From: an uncultured Bdellovibrionales bacterium
Lineage (GTDB): Bacteria; Patescibacteriota; Minisyncoccia; Moranbacterales; UBA1568
NCBI GenBank assembly: GCA_964451495.1
Contig: CAYVHS010000001.1
Coordinates: forward strand, 69,358 to 133,357
Length of the DNA: 64,000 nucleotides
Direction: 5' to 3'
Part shown: positions 48,315 to 58,300 of the stretch, in pieces
Layout: each line of letters begins with the position of its first letter
Position numbering within the stretch: position 1 is the stretch's first letter
Notes under the pieces: generated by a model
Seen by the model: the letters and a program-made list of their open reading frames with translations, nothing else
The model's database searches: none
Told to the model about the DNA's origin: nothing
Translations under genes and position numbers: made by a program

Positions 48315-50303
48315 TTAGTGAAATGATATCGGATCGACATCGACAATGCAATGTTTATGCTTTTTTAAGACAGTAAGTATGATTTCATGAGGAGAAGGAG
48401 ATGTTTTTGGTATGCGGATGACGAGCGAGCTTTCGAAACTATCCCGCCGCTTGAGTGATCTCGGAGGCTGAGGAGGGCTGATGCGAATCCCTTTCGCTTT
48501 GGGGAGCACTTGTTCTAATGTTTCAAATATGACCCGGATTGTTTTTTCTGTATCCTCGCTTGTTTTCCCTTGGTACGTAATGGATATGAGTCGGGAGAAT
48601 GGTGGATAGGAAAGAGCTTCCCGTTCGGCTACAATCTGCTCGAAAATTTCTTGATTGCCCAGACCAGAAATTCGTTGAAAAAAAGTGCTTTCCGGATGAA
48701 ATGTTTGCACGATTACTTTCTGATCGATAGCGAGCGAAAGATCTTTGGCACTCGCTACTTGATTGACGGCTCGGGTCAAATGTTGGAAGAAGCGTTCATC
48801 GGCCAAGAAATTCGGGAAAGAAAGCAAACTATCCGCGTCAATCATAGCAATGAGAGACAGTTTCGGCAAGGGCGGATCTTTGAGAATCATCTGAGTTCCG
48901 ATAAGGATATCTATTTTCCCAGAGACAGCTTTTTGATAGAGTTCTTCGCTCATACCTCCTTTACGCATGGTCTGACTATCAGCCCGGAAAATCCTGGCCC
49001 CAGGAAAAGCCCTGGTAACTTCTTTTTCTATACGTTCGGTGCCAAATCCAACATTACGGAAAGAGAGATGTCCACAAGTAGGGCAGCTCGGGAAAAGGCT
49101 CGTCTTATAATGACATGAGAGGCAACGAAAATATCCCTCCTTTGTGCTCGTGAGAGCGTGATGGCATTCTTTGCAACGCAAGATATTTTTGCAGTTTTCA
49201 CAGACGGAAAAAGCATTCATGCCTTGACGGTTGATATACAGGAGCGCCTGTCGTTTTGCAGCCAGTGTTTCGCGCAGGCTTTTGAAGAGCTCTTCTGAAA
49301 GCGGTGAGTAATTTTTCTTGAAACGCTCTAGTCTCAGGTTGACGATAGTAAGTGCTCCGCCGATGGCTCCTTTGGGAATAATGGGCACAAGCGGGGTGAA
49401 TATTTTTTCTTGTAGAGCATAGAGGCTTTCAGTACTCGGGGTATTGGACGTGCTGAGGAGTTTGGATCTGTGGAGCTGTGTGAGCATACTAGCGACGATC
49501 CTGCCATCGTAGCGCGGACTCATATCCCATTGCTTGTAGCTTTCGTCTTGTTCTTCGGTTATGATGACGAGTCCCAAGTGTTTAAATGGCGCAAAGAGGC
49601 CTTGGCGAGTGGCGATGATGATAGATGCAGAACCGAGCCGAATACGCTCCCAGGCTTCGAAATATGGACCATCAGCTAGCTGACTATGAAGTGTAGCTAT
49701 AGATTCTTCCGGAAAAAATTGACAAAGCTGCGCCTCGAGTGCGGGGATGAGCGTGATTTCTGGAACCAACAAGAGCGTCTGTTGTTTTTTTGCCAACATC
49801 TTTTTAATAAGCAATGCAAAAATCCGTTTTGGATTAGCGATAACAGAGGTGTCGAGGTAGAGATGTTGTTCAGGTGCGGTTTCTGCGAAAATATCTAGTA
49901 GGGGACGGTCGTCTTTGTGCGTTTTAAGCGGAAGTATTTTCTGCTTTTGGTCCGTAGCTTTCTTTGTACGCGCTTTGACCTGTTTGGGGAGGAAATGTTT
50001 GAGAGTTTTTCCGAGTGATGTGAAGTATTCATCACTGATCATTCTTCCCAGTTCGCATTGTTCTTGAGTCAGAAATTCTGGGATGATTACTTTGGAAATA
50101 CACTTCATCCAGTTGGGCAATTTTCCTGGCAATGGTTGACAAGCATAGACAATACCTTCAATTTCTCGTGTTCCAAAGGGAATCCGCACCAAAGATCCCA
50201 AAGCGATACCTTCGTAGCTGGCGTAACTGAAAAGTGGTGATCGTCCGAGGGGTAGGATGAGGAGTGGAGCGATTTCGAGGCGGTAAAGGGTAGATTCTTT
50301 CAT
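48315..50303 (-). CDS. priA: PriA-like primosomal protein N' with degenerate helicase ATPase motifs
   Basis: Collinear with PriA: Cys-rich zinc region CENCKNILRCKECHH...CLSCH...CPTCGH, VPEITLIP and IIATRQGLFAPF. Walker A GVTGSGKT is replaced by DTSVIANPKR. DEEH is replaced by TEEQ. Confidence 0.75.
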   Translation of the reverse strand: MKESTLYRLEIAPLLILPLGRSPLFSYASYEGIALGSLVRIPFGTREIEGIVYACQPLPGKLPNWMKCISKVIIPEFLTQEQCELGRMISDEYFTSLGKTLKHFLPKQVKARTKKATDQKQKILPLKTHKDDRPLLDIFAETAPEQHLYLDTSVIANPKRIFALLIKKMLAKKQQTLLLVPEITLIPALEAQLCQFFPEESIATLHSQLADGPYFEAWERIRLGSASIIIATRQGLFAPFKHLGLVIITEEQDESYKQWDMSPRYDGRIVASMLTQLHRSKLLSTSNTPSTESLYALQEKIFTPLVPIIPKGAIGGALTIVNLRLERFKKNYSPLSEELFKSLRETLAAKRQALLYINRQGMNAFSVCENCKNILRCKECHHALTSTKEGYFRCLSCHYKTSLFPSCPTCGHLSFRNVGFGTERIEKEVTRAFPGARIFRADSQTMRKGGMSEELYQKAVSGKIDILIGTQMILKDPPLPKLSLIAMIDADSLLSFPNFLADERFFQHLTRAVNQVASAKDLSLAIDQKVIVQTFHPESTFFQRISGLGNQEIFEQIVAEREALSYPPFSRLISITYQGKTSEDTEKTIRVIFETLEQVLPKAKGIRISPPQPPRSLKRRDSFESSLVIRIPKTSPSPHEIILTVLKKHKHCIVDVDPISFH

Positions 50304-50382
50304 AGCCCTATTTTAGCACATAAATATGAATCCACTATCGCTCCGTATTGATTTTTTGGCTTAAGTTCGCTATCATTCCCAT

Positions 50383-50931
50383 ATGAACAAGACACGTCGA
50401 TTATTCGTCGGTATCCCGCTCTCGCCAGAGCTCCGCAAAAGACTGAAGCGAGAGATGCTTTCTTGGCCCAAAGAGGCTGTTCTTCAGACTGCCGAAGAAA
50501 ATCTCCATGTGACTTTGATGTTTCTCGGCTTCGTCCAGGAAGAGGATATTCCAGAAATGTGCGCCATAGTAGGGGAGGCGTGTCAGGAGCACCAGGCCTT
50601 TGAACTCTCTTTTACCGGCATGGAACTTCAAGATAACTTAGAAAACCCCAAAATGATCTGGCTCTCTGGTCAAGCGAGTGAAGAACTGAAGCATTTGCGC
50701 GAATCCCTGGAAAAAGCATTTTCTGCTTTTGTAGTAGAAAAGAAAACCTATCGTCCTCATGTGATACTTGCCAAGATCAAGAAATCCAAATGGTTGAAAC
50801 TTGAACAGAAGCCGATTCTCAAAGAAAAACTTTTCCTCATAGAATCAGTCGATACTGTTGCCGTTTTTGAAAGTCTCGCTATCGATGGTAAGCGCCGTTA
50901 CGAACAGATCGATACCTTTCATCTTGAATAA
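50383..50931 (+). CDS. thpR: RNA 2',3'-cyclic phosphodiesterase (ThpR/LigT, 2H phosphoesterase)
   Basis: Two HxT/S motifs, HVTLMFLG and HVILAKI. About 180 aa. Confidence 0.7.
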   Translation: MNKTRRLFVGIPLSPELRKRLKREMLSWPKEAVLQTAEENLHVTLMFLGFVQEEDIPEMCAIVGEACQEHQAFELSFTGMELQDNLENPKMIWLSGQASEELKHLRESLEKAFSAFVVEKKTYRPHVILAKIKKSKWLKLEQKPILKEKLFLIESVDTVAVFESLAIDGKRRYEQIDTFHLE

Positions 50932-50947
50932 TTGGTAACAAAAATAT

Positions 50948-51643
50948 ATGCGACTGTTTGGGGTCCCTCTCGACAATCTCACGCGAGAAGAGATACTCGA
51001 TCGAATAGATGGATTTCTCGCGGAGCCCGGGTTTCATCGTATCGCTACCGTCAACCCGGAATTTCTCTTGTATGCAAGAGAGAACCAGTCCTTCAGAGAA
51101 TCACTTCTCAACGCCGACCTTCGTATCGCTGATGGCGCTGGACTGTATCTAGCGTTTTGGAAACAGGGAGAGAAATTGCAAACGCGCTTCCCTGGGGCAG
51201 ATCTCATGTTGTCGATTCTCGAACAAGCAGAGAGGAGAGCGCTCAATGTTTTTCTCGCTCTCCATGAAGAGGGACTTTCGAGTAGTCAGGAAATCAGGCG
51301 AACGCTCCTCGAGAGATATCCTCGACTGAATCTTGTTGATGATATCGAGTTGGCACAGATTGTCTTGTGCAATTTCGGGGCGCCGCTACAGGAGATTCAT
51401 CTGGCAGCCTACGCGAATGATCCAAAGAAGATTCGATTAGCTATGGGAGTAGGTGGAGCGTTTGATTATCTGACAAACAAGAAAAGACGCGCGCCCAAGT
51501 GGATGCAAAATGCCGGCCTCGAATGGTTCTGGCGTTTTATTCTCCAGCCGAAGAGGTGGCGGAGAATATGGAATGCAGTGGTAATGTTTCCGTGGAGGGT
51601 TATTTTTGACAAAGAAAAAACCGGTCCAGAAAAGATCCTCTAG
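50948..51643 (+). CDS. tagA: WecG/TagA/CpsF-family (GT26) N-acetylmannosaminyl/glycosyl transferase
   Basis: HRIATVNPEFLLYA..GVGGAFDYL..EWFWRFILQPKR signature segments. Confidence 0.8.
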   Translation: MRLFGVPLDNLTREEILDRIDGFLAEPGFHRIATVNPEFLLYARENQSFRESLLNADLRIADGAGLYLAFWKQGEKLQTRFPGADLMLSILEQAERRALNVFLALHEEGLSSSQEIRRTLLERYPRLNLVDDIELAQIVLCNFGAPLQEIHLAAYANDPKKIRLAMGVGGAFDYLTNKKRRAPKWMQNAGLEWFWRFILQPKRWRRIWNAVVMFPWRVIFDKEKTGPEKIL

Positions 51644-51903
51644 AACGGTTCAACTGAGAGCTTGTTGGCTTTAGGATTTTATCCTCAGGAGCCTCAGTGG
51701 TTGGCGAGACCGCTCCTGTTCGGGTTATGCCCGAAGTTTTATCGATGCCGCATGATTCTCACCTCCATTAAAAAAGTACTGAATCGTTATTATACACCCA
51801 AAACACTACTTTGTCAATAGCGAGAAATATATTGGTAATACGTTACTTGCCGAGTCTGTATAAAAAAGCTACTATTAAGCCATATTCTTGTACTTATACT
51901 GGT

Positions 51904-53442
51904 ATGGATCAATCTTATAAAGACGTTCGTGTTCGTTTTGCGCCTTCTCCGACAGGTTATCTCCATGTCGGTGGTTTACGGACCGCTCTCTATAATTATC
52001 TTTTTGCCAAAAAGCATGAGGGTACGTTCATTTTGCGCATCGAGGATACCGATCAGAAGCGTTTTGTTTCGGGTTCAGCGGAGAGTCTCATCCAGACACT
52101 GGGGGCGCTGGGGATGCAGTATAATGAAGGGCCATTTTTGAAAAATGAACGCACAGGGTATCCTTCAGAACAGTATTCCGAAATCGTCGAGGTGGGCGAG
52201 TGTGGTCCATACATCCAATCTGAACGCCTCAATCTCTATAAGAAATACGCAGACGAATTAATCGAGAGTGGCCAAGCATACTATTGTTTCTGTTCCGCCG
52301 AGCGTCTCGAACAAGTACGCGCGGATCAGGTAGCGAGCAAGCAGGCTTCACGTTATGACCGCCACTGCCTGACTCTTTCTCCTGAAGAACGAGCAGAAAA
52401 GAAAGCGGCTGGTGTCCCGTATGTAATCCGTTTCCGCGTGCCAGATAATCGGGAAATCATATTTGATGATCTCGTCCGGGGTACGGTGAGATTTCATACG
52501 CACGATACAGACGATCAGGTACTCCTCAAGTCGGATGGATTCCCGACGTATCATCTCGCGGTCGTAGTCGACGATCATTTGATGCAGATCACGCATGTAC
52601 TACGAGCAGAAGAATGGCTACCGTCGACACCTAAACATATCCTTTTGTATGAAGCGTTCGGTTGGGAAGCTCCACATTTTGCGCATATTCCACTTCTTCT
52701 CAATCCTGATAAATCTAAACTTTCCAAGCGACAGGGCGATGTCGCTGTCGAGGATTATCTCAAGAAAGGCTACCTCAAAGAAGCGCTGGTCAATTTTGTT
52801 GCGCTCCTCGGATGGAATCCGGGGCAGGGCAGTACGCAAGAAATATTCTCGCTCGAAGAGCTGTCACAAGTATTTAACCTCTCGACGGTCCATAAAGCCG
52901 GGGCGGTGTTTGATTTGAAAAAACTCGATTGGATGAATGCAGAATATATCAAGAAACTCCCTATCGAACATCTGTACGAAGCTACGCATGTCGGAAACTT
53001 TTTCCATAAGCCGCTGATTGAGGATGCTCCGGCTACGATGCACACCCCGGAATACCTGAAGAAAGTACTGTCAATCGAACAGGATCGTCTCGTCAAACTT
53101 TCTGACGTTGGAGAAAACAACCCATTCTTTTTTTCTGAGACCCTTTCGTATGATGCGACACTTCTCAACTGGAAAGAAAATTCGGCCGAAGTGACCAAAG
53201 AGACGCTCGAGAGGTCTCTTGGAATACTTACAAATCTTTCTGAAACAGATTGGGAAACCAGAGATGTTCTCGAAAAAATTCTTATGGATGCAGCGGGGGA
53301 GAAGCGCGGAGATTTCCTCTGGCCACTCCGCGTCGCGCTCACAGGGGCACAGCGTTCTCCTTCACCATTTGATTGTGCCTGGGTGCTCGGCAAAGAGATA
53401 AGCCTCAATCGTATCCGTCAAGCCATAGTCAAGCTCGCATAA
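51904..53442 (+). CDS. gltX: Glutamyl-tRNA synthetase
   Basis: FAPSPTGYLHVGGLRTAL (HIGH = HVGG). KLSKRQG (KMSKS). 512 aa from the internal ATG 51904. Confidence 0.9.
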   Translation: MDQSYKDVRVRFAPSPTGYLHVGGLRTALYNYLFAKKHEGTFILRIEDTDQKRFVSGSAESLIQTLGALGMQYNEGPFLKNERTGYPSEQYSEIVEVGECGPYIQSERLNLYKKYADELIESGQAYYCFCSAERLEQVRADQVASKQASRYDRHCLTLSPEERAEKKAAGVPYVIRFRVPDNREIIFDDLVRGTVRFHTHDTDDQVLLKSDGFPTYHLAVVVDDHLMQITHVLRAEEWLPSTPKHILLYEAFGWEAPHFAHIPLLLNPDKSKLSKRQGDVAVEDYLKKGYLKEALVNFVALLGWNPGQGSTQEIFSLEELSQVFNLSTVHKAGAVFDLKKLDWMNAEYIKKLPIEHLYEATHVGNFFHKPLIEDAPATMHTPEYLKKVLSIEQDRLVKLSDVGENNPFFFSETLSYDATLLNWKENSAEVTKETLERSLGILTNLSETDWETRDVLEKILMDAAGEKRGDFLWPLRVALTGAQRSPSPFDCAWVLGKEISLNRIRQAIVKLA

Positions 53443-53523
53443 AAAACGGCATTGATACGATATTTCATTAAAAACAGGCTCTTTCTGAGGCTGTTTTGCT
53501 TATGGTATACTAAAAGACACGAT

Positions 53524-54792
53524 ATGCCCAAACAAAACAAATACTTGAAAATAGGATTTTTTGTATCAGCCGTCTTTTGCGGCGGTTTGTTTGTTTCTGA
53601 TTGGACACAGGCGAGCGATTCAATCACAACGATGACTGATCAACAGAAAAAGGATCTCGAGAAAAAACAAGACCAAATTGATGCTATCAATGCCAAGATT
53701 AAGGCATATAAACAAATAATCGATCTTAAAACCCGGCAAGGCTCGACACTGAGCGATCAGATTACGACACTGGGAGCACAGGCGAATAAACTTGAACTCG
53801 AGATAGACCAGAACGAGAAACAGATCGAGGACCTAGAAGGAGGCATTGGTATGCTTGCTACGCGTATTCGTGAAAAGGAAATCCTTATAGCTCAGCAGAA
53901 AAGGATTCTTTCTGAACTCATGCGCACTCATTATGATAATTATTCGAGCGGGAACATCGCTCCGCTCTTCCTGACTTCAAGTGAGAACCTCCTCTATTTT
54001 AAACAGGACGATTGGACGAGCGAAGTCGGAGATAAAGTGCGTGAGATGCTTGATTCGGTACAAACACTGCGCGATAGCCTCTCGCAAGAAAAAACTATTA
54101 TTGAAGCCAAGAAAAAGGAGGTCGATACTCTACATGCGCAGCTTTCAGAGCGGAACGATTACTTGGAAAGTACCAAAGAAAATAAAGCGCAACTTCTTGC
54201 CAAGACTCAGGTAGAAGCAAAGAAATACGATTCGCTTGTGGATGACCTCCAAAAACAGCGCGATGAAATTGAACAGGAAATTAATGATCTGGAAGCCGAT
54301 AAGCTTGGCGATCTCAATCTGAGTGATATGCCAGCGTTTAAGCATGGTTTATTTGACTATCCGGTAAAAAAAGTAGTAATCACTCAAAAGTATGGTAAGA
54401 CAAGTTTTTCGAAAAATTACGCTTCAGGCAAGCACAATGGCGTTGATTTTGGAGTATCAGCAGGAACACCTATTTATGCACCGCTTGGCGGCAAAGTAGT
54501 CGGCGTCGGCAATAATGGCCGTTATGCTTATGGCAAATGGGTTGCTATTGATCACGGCAACGGCATCATCACATTGTACGGGCACATGAGTTCACAGTCG
54601 GTGAGTAAAGGAAGTAGTCTCAAAACCGGGGATAAGATAGGTCTCTCAGGTAATACTGGTTATTCGACTGGACCACACCTCCATTTCACTGTTTTTTCTT
54701 CAAAAACTTTTGAATTGGTAAAATCTACGAAAGTAAATAATCTCTGGATTCCTATCGGTGCAACCGTTAATCCGATGAATTACCTTCCGTAG
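53524..54792 (+). CDS. M23-family metallopeptidase with N-terminal coiled coil (EnvC-like)
   Basis: Long Gln/Glu/Lys-rich heptad region, then HNGVDFG..GPHLHFTV (HxxxD..HxH). Confidence 0.8.
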   Translation: MPKQNKYLKIGFFVSAVFCGGLFVSDWTQASDSITTMTDQQKKDLEKKQDQIDAINAKIKAYKQIIDLKTRQGSTLSDQITTLGAQANKLELEIDQNEKQIEDLEGGIGMLATRIREKEILIAQQKRILSELMRTHYDNYSSGNIAPLFLTSSENLLYFKQDDWTSEVGDKVREMLDSVQTLRDSLSQEKTIIEAKKKEVDTLHAQLSERNDYLESTKENKAQLLAKTQVEAKKYDSLVDDLQKQRDEIEQEINDLEADKLGDLNLSDMPAFKHGLFDYPVKKVVITQKYGKTSFSKNYASGKHNGVDFGVSAGTPIYAPLGGKVVGVGNNGRYAYGKWVAIDHGNGIITLYGHMSSQSVSKGSSLKTGDKIGLSGNTGYSTGPHLHFTVFSSKTFELVKSTKVNNLWIPIGATVNPMNYLP

Positions 54793-54793
54793 T

Positions 54794-55561
54794 ATGAAAA
54801 GAAATATCTATCCTATTCGCACGCGATTTACCAAAGACATCATAGCGGAGGTGATGTTGCCGGAAAAGCAGCAGGGGAAGGTGGCGATTCTAGCAATCGG
54901 ACTACCCTCTTCGCCAAATAAAAAAGACGTCCTTCTTTTTCTTGCCTCTCAGGGATATGTCGTTATCTCACCCCGCTATCGTGGCACGTGGGAAAGCCAG
55001 GGGTATTTTCTCGAGTATTCTCCCGCACAAGACATTCATGATATCATCCACGATCTCGTAACTCAAAAAAGTATCGTTGATCTTTTTACTGGCGAGACGA
55101 AACGTATACGTGTATCGACCATCCATCTCTTCGGATCATCATTTGGTGGTCCAGCTGTGCTCATGAATTCACATCTCCCTATTGTGAAAAAAGTTATCGC
55201 TCTTTCACCGGTTATTGATTGGGCGGTCGAAGGGGAGGCAGAGCCATTTGATTTTCTCGTTCGTTTCACAAGAGAGGCATTCGGTGATGCGTTTCGACTC
55301 AAGTCCCCAACCGATTGGCAGAAACTTATCTCGAGTGATTTCTATAACCCTATCGCTCATGCGAAAACAATCCAGGGGAAGAAAGTATTCATCTTACATG
55401 CCAAAGACGATATGGTCGTTCCGTGTGATCCACTCGTCCCCTTCGCAGAAAAAATAAACGCCACATACTATTTGAAACCGAAAGGCGGACATTTCTCTCT
55501 GGGGTTTCTCACGCACCAATTCTTTTGGAAAAAAATTCAAACATTTCTTGATACTCACTAA
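54794..55561 (+). CDS. Alpha/beta hydrolase (S9/dienelactone hydrolase-like)
   Basis: GSSFGG nucleophile elbow. Downstream D and H are plausible catalytic residues. Confidence 0.6.
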   Translation: MKRNIYPIRTRFTKDIIAEVMLPEKQQGKVAILAIGLPSSPNKKDVLLFLASQGYVVISPRYRGTWESQGYFLEYSPAQDIHDIIHDLVTQKSIVDLFTGETKRIRVSTIHLFGSSFGGPAVLMNSHLPIVKKVIALSPVIDWAVEGEAEPFDFLVRFTREAFGDAFRLKSPTDWQKLISSDFYNPIAHAKTIQGKKVFILHAKDDMVVPCDPLVPFAEKINATYYLKPKGGHFSLGFLTHQFFWKKIQTFLDTH

Positions 55562-55583
55562 TTACAAAAAAATCTACATAAGA

Positions 55584-55628
55584 CTCCCCTAGGTCAAAAA
55601 AAGAAAAATCAGGGGAGTTTTGTTTTTG
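55584..55628 (+). terminator. Rho-independent terminator (actcccct/aggggagt)
   Basis: 8-bp stem, long loop, then TTTTGTTTTT. Confidence 0.5.
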
Positions 55629-56166
55629 TGAGTTTTACGAACAGACTTATGAATATTATATCCAAAGAGAATATGTATGCCCTCTCTCAAAAAATACAGA
55701 GCACATGAGTGAGGGGAAGGATACATAGATGTACCCTGATAGGTATTCAAACGCCTGAGAACGCAGTATACGCATTCGTTTTAGGTTGATATATGAAAGA
55801 GAGGGCAAAGAATATCTCATCCAAATATTTCTTTATTCTAAGCCTTTTCTTTTTTACTTAATGTCTTATAAGTTATATAAGACGACATTATCTACAAAAA
55901 GCCCCCACAAGAAATATCTGTTAAAATAGATCGAGCATTATAGTCTATTATTCTTTCTTTTTATATTTCCTATCACTCACTCCCTACTAAGTGGTAGTCA
56001 AAAACTCCGAGAGGATTATTCGTACCATGTTAAATACATTTTTGTTTTTAGGAAAAAATACACGTTCACATATTCAGAGCTCCCCCGGATTTTCCAAATT
56101 TTTATAAAAAAACAGGGCACCCTCATTCGAGAGCACCCATGTAAAGTTCTGAGAATCAACAACAAC

Positions 56167-56961
56167 TCATTCGCCAATCAGAGCGGTTTTATTTATTGCC
56201 GTCTCGATTTTTGCTCGGCCGTCATTTCGAGAAACGTCAGCAAATGTCGTCGTGCGATTTCGACCGAGTTCTTTCGATCGATACAAGGCTCCATCAGCCC
56301 GTCCTGTGATGGTCTTGATTTCACCTGGCCAACCATTTTGGTCGTGTGAGAACGTGTTGGCCGCGATGCCGAGGCTGAGTGTGACTCGTTCTCCTGTTTT
56401 GCCGTGCAACGCATCGTTGACGTGACTGATAGACCAGTCGTAACAAATCTCCGCCGCTTTGGATTTGGCCGTTTCGAGAGAAGTATCGAGGAGTATGACG
56501 GAGAGTTCATCGCCACCAGGTCGAATACAGATATCCGTACTTCGAGGAAATACCTGCCGGATAACCTGGCAGATTGCTTTGATGATGATGTCTCCTTGGT
56601 CATGACCGAAACGATCATTGATCGTCTTGAAGCGATCGATATCTATCATGATAACGCAGACGTCAATTTCTTTGTTATGATTACTACTCCTCCTCTCGCG
56701 TTTCAGCGTGTTTAGTTGAAGGAGAAATGCATTTTCTCCACCTCGACGGTTATAGAGCCCACTGAGTGGATCAGTGAACGCCGCATTGCGGTACATCTCT
56801 GTCAGCGTCCATAACTTATAGATTACGAGTTGGAGCATTGCGATAATACTGAGCACGACAACATCCCAGACATACGGGATATGGATGAACTTAGCCATGA
56901 AGATGATAGAGCAAGCTATAAGGATACCAGACACGATGCAAAACACTTTCTTGTTGTCCAT
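56167..56961 (-). CDS. Membrane-anchored GGDEF-domain diguanylate cyclase (variant GGDEL, intact RxxD I-site)
   Basis: Two N-terminal TM helices. PRSTDICIRPGGDEL with PleD-like spacing. Start at the ATG preceded by AAGGAGG with 7-nt spacing. Confidence 0.7.
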   Translation of the reverse strand: MDNKKVFCIVSGILIACSIIFMAKFIHIPYVWDVVVLSIIAMLQLVIYKLWTLTEMYRNAAFTDPLSGLYNRRGGENAFLLQLNTLKRERRSSNHNKEIDVCVIMIDIDRFKTINDRFGHDQGDIIIKAICQVIRQVFPRSTDICIRPGGDELSVILLDTSLETAKSKAAEICYDWSISHVNDALHGKTGERVTLSLGIAANTFSHDQNGWPGEIKTITGRADGALYRSKELGRNRTTTFADVSRNDGRAKIETAINKTALIGE

Positions 56962-57131
56962 TTGAGGACCTCCTTTGGTAAAAAATTGTTTAGGTACTTC
57001 CGTATATGATACCACTAATTTAGATATTTGTCAAGAGTGTGCAACCAAACATTTCTTGTTACAATAGATAATGCTTGTTGCGAGATCTACTGTGAATTAC
57101 ATAACTTGATTTTTTTTGGATTCGCTTTCTT

Positions 57132-58289
57132 ATGCGCATATCGTATTCGAGCTTAGACACCTATCAGACGTGCCCGCTCAAATATAAGTATCGAGAAATA
57201 GATAAGATCAAAGAGCCAAAATCCAAAGAGGCAGTTTTCGGTACGCTCGTCCATGCCGTTCTCAAGTATGCTCATACACCCAGTCTCCTCCCCCCGACCA
57301 TCGAGCAAGCCCTCGATTATTTCGCCAAGGGCTGGAACAGCGAGGTGTACGAAGACGAGATGGAAGAGCGCGCCGCATTTAGTCAAGGTGTCACCATCAT
57401 ACAAAACTATTACGCGAAAAACCGGATTGCTGATTACACTATCGTGGATCTGGAGAGTCGTTTTTCTATAGAAATCGGGAGCGAAGAGACGGGCAAGCAT
57501 ACCGTTTCCGGTATTATCGATCGCATCGACAAGACTCCGGATGGTTATGAAATCATCGACTACAAGACAACGCGCAAGATGCCCTCGCAAGACAAAGTCG
57601 ACAACGACATCCAACTTTCTATCTATCTCAGAGCCTTCCTCGCCCGTTATCCCAAAGAAATAGTCAATCTCGACAAAATCACTGTCAGTCTCTATTTTCT
57701 CAAACATGGTGTCAAACTTTCCTCGACGCGCACGAGAGAGCAGCTCGATATGATCGAAAAGACTTTCCTCGACGTCATCGCCTCTATCGAAGCGGAGAAA
57801 TTTGACCCGATCCTCTCCCCTCTTTGTGACTGGTGTGGCTATCAAAAAATCTGCCCTCTCTGGAAACACAAATTTGTCGAGACGCGAAAACTCGAAACGG
57901 AAGAAGTAAAAAAATCAATTGGCGAGTATCTCGACCTCAAATCCCGTATGAGTGTTGATAAGATGCGCATAGGGAAGCTCCAATCGATGATCCTCGAATA
58001 TATGGAGCAAGAGGGAGTCGATCGAGTGTTCGATGAGCAGGGCATCGTGGGCAAATCACTCCGCAAGACCTATAAATACGATGAAGAGAGGCTCCGAGCT
58101 ATCCTCGAGCCGCTCGATAAATGGGAAGGCATCCTCAAAGTAGATGGCATCGCACTCCGCAACATCCTCGCCATCCTCCCTTCTCCCATTCAGAAAGAAG
58201 TCGAGGAATCCAAGACCCTCGACAAAGAAAGCACCTCACTCTCTGTCAAAAAAAATAAAATAGAAGTCGACGATGAATTAAGTTATTAA
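57132..58289 (+). CDS. PD-(D/E)xK nuclease, Cas4/RecB-like, with four-Cys cluster
   Basis: TYQTCP N-terminal Cys. IIDRIDKT..YEIIDYKTT (D..ExK). C-terminal CDWCGYQKIC, a Cas4/AddB-type FeS motif. Confidence 0.7.
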   Translation: MRISYSSLDTYQTCPLKYKYREIDKIKEPKSKEAVFGTLVHAVLKYAHTPSLLPPTIEQALDYFAKGWNSEVYEDEMEERAAFSQGVTIIQNYYAKNRIADYTIVDLESRFSIEIGSEETGKHTVSGIIDRIDKTPDGYEIIDYKTTRKMPSQDKVDNDIQLSIYLRAFLARYPKEIVNLDKITVSLYFLKHGVKLSSTRTREQLDMIEKTFLDVIASIEAEKFDPILSPLCDWCGYQKICPLWKHKFVETRKLETEEVKKSIGEYLDLKSRMSVDKMRIGKLQSMILEYMEQEGVDRVFDEQGIVGKSLRKTYKYDEERLRAILEPLDKWEGILKVDGIALRNILAILPSPIQKEVEESKTLDKESTSLSVKKNKIEVDDELSY

Positions 58290-58300
58290 TAGAAAATATT

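Noticed and set aside
51644-51903. Possible tRNA or ncRNA in the gap upstream of gltX
   Set aside because: A D-arm-like gcctcagtggttggc segment is present, but there is no T-arm (GTTCGA-type) or acceptor pairing, so probably only a structured leader.
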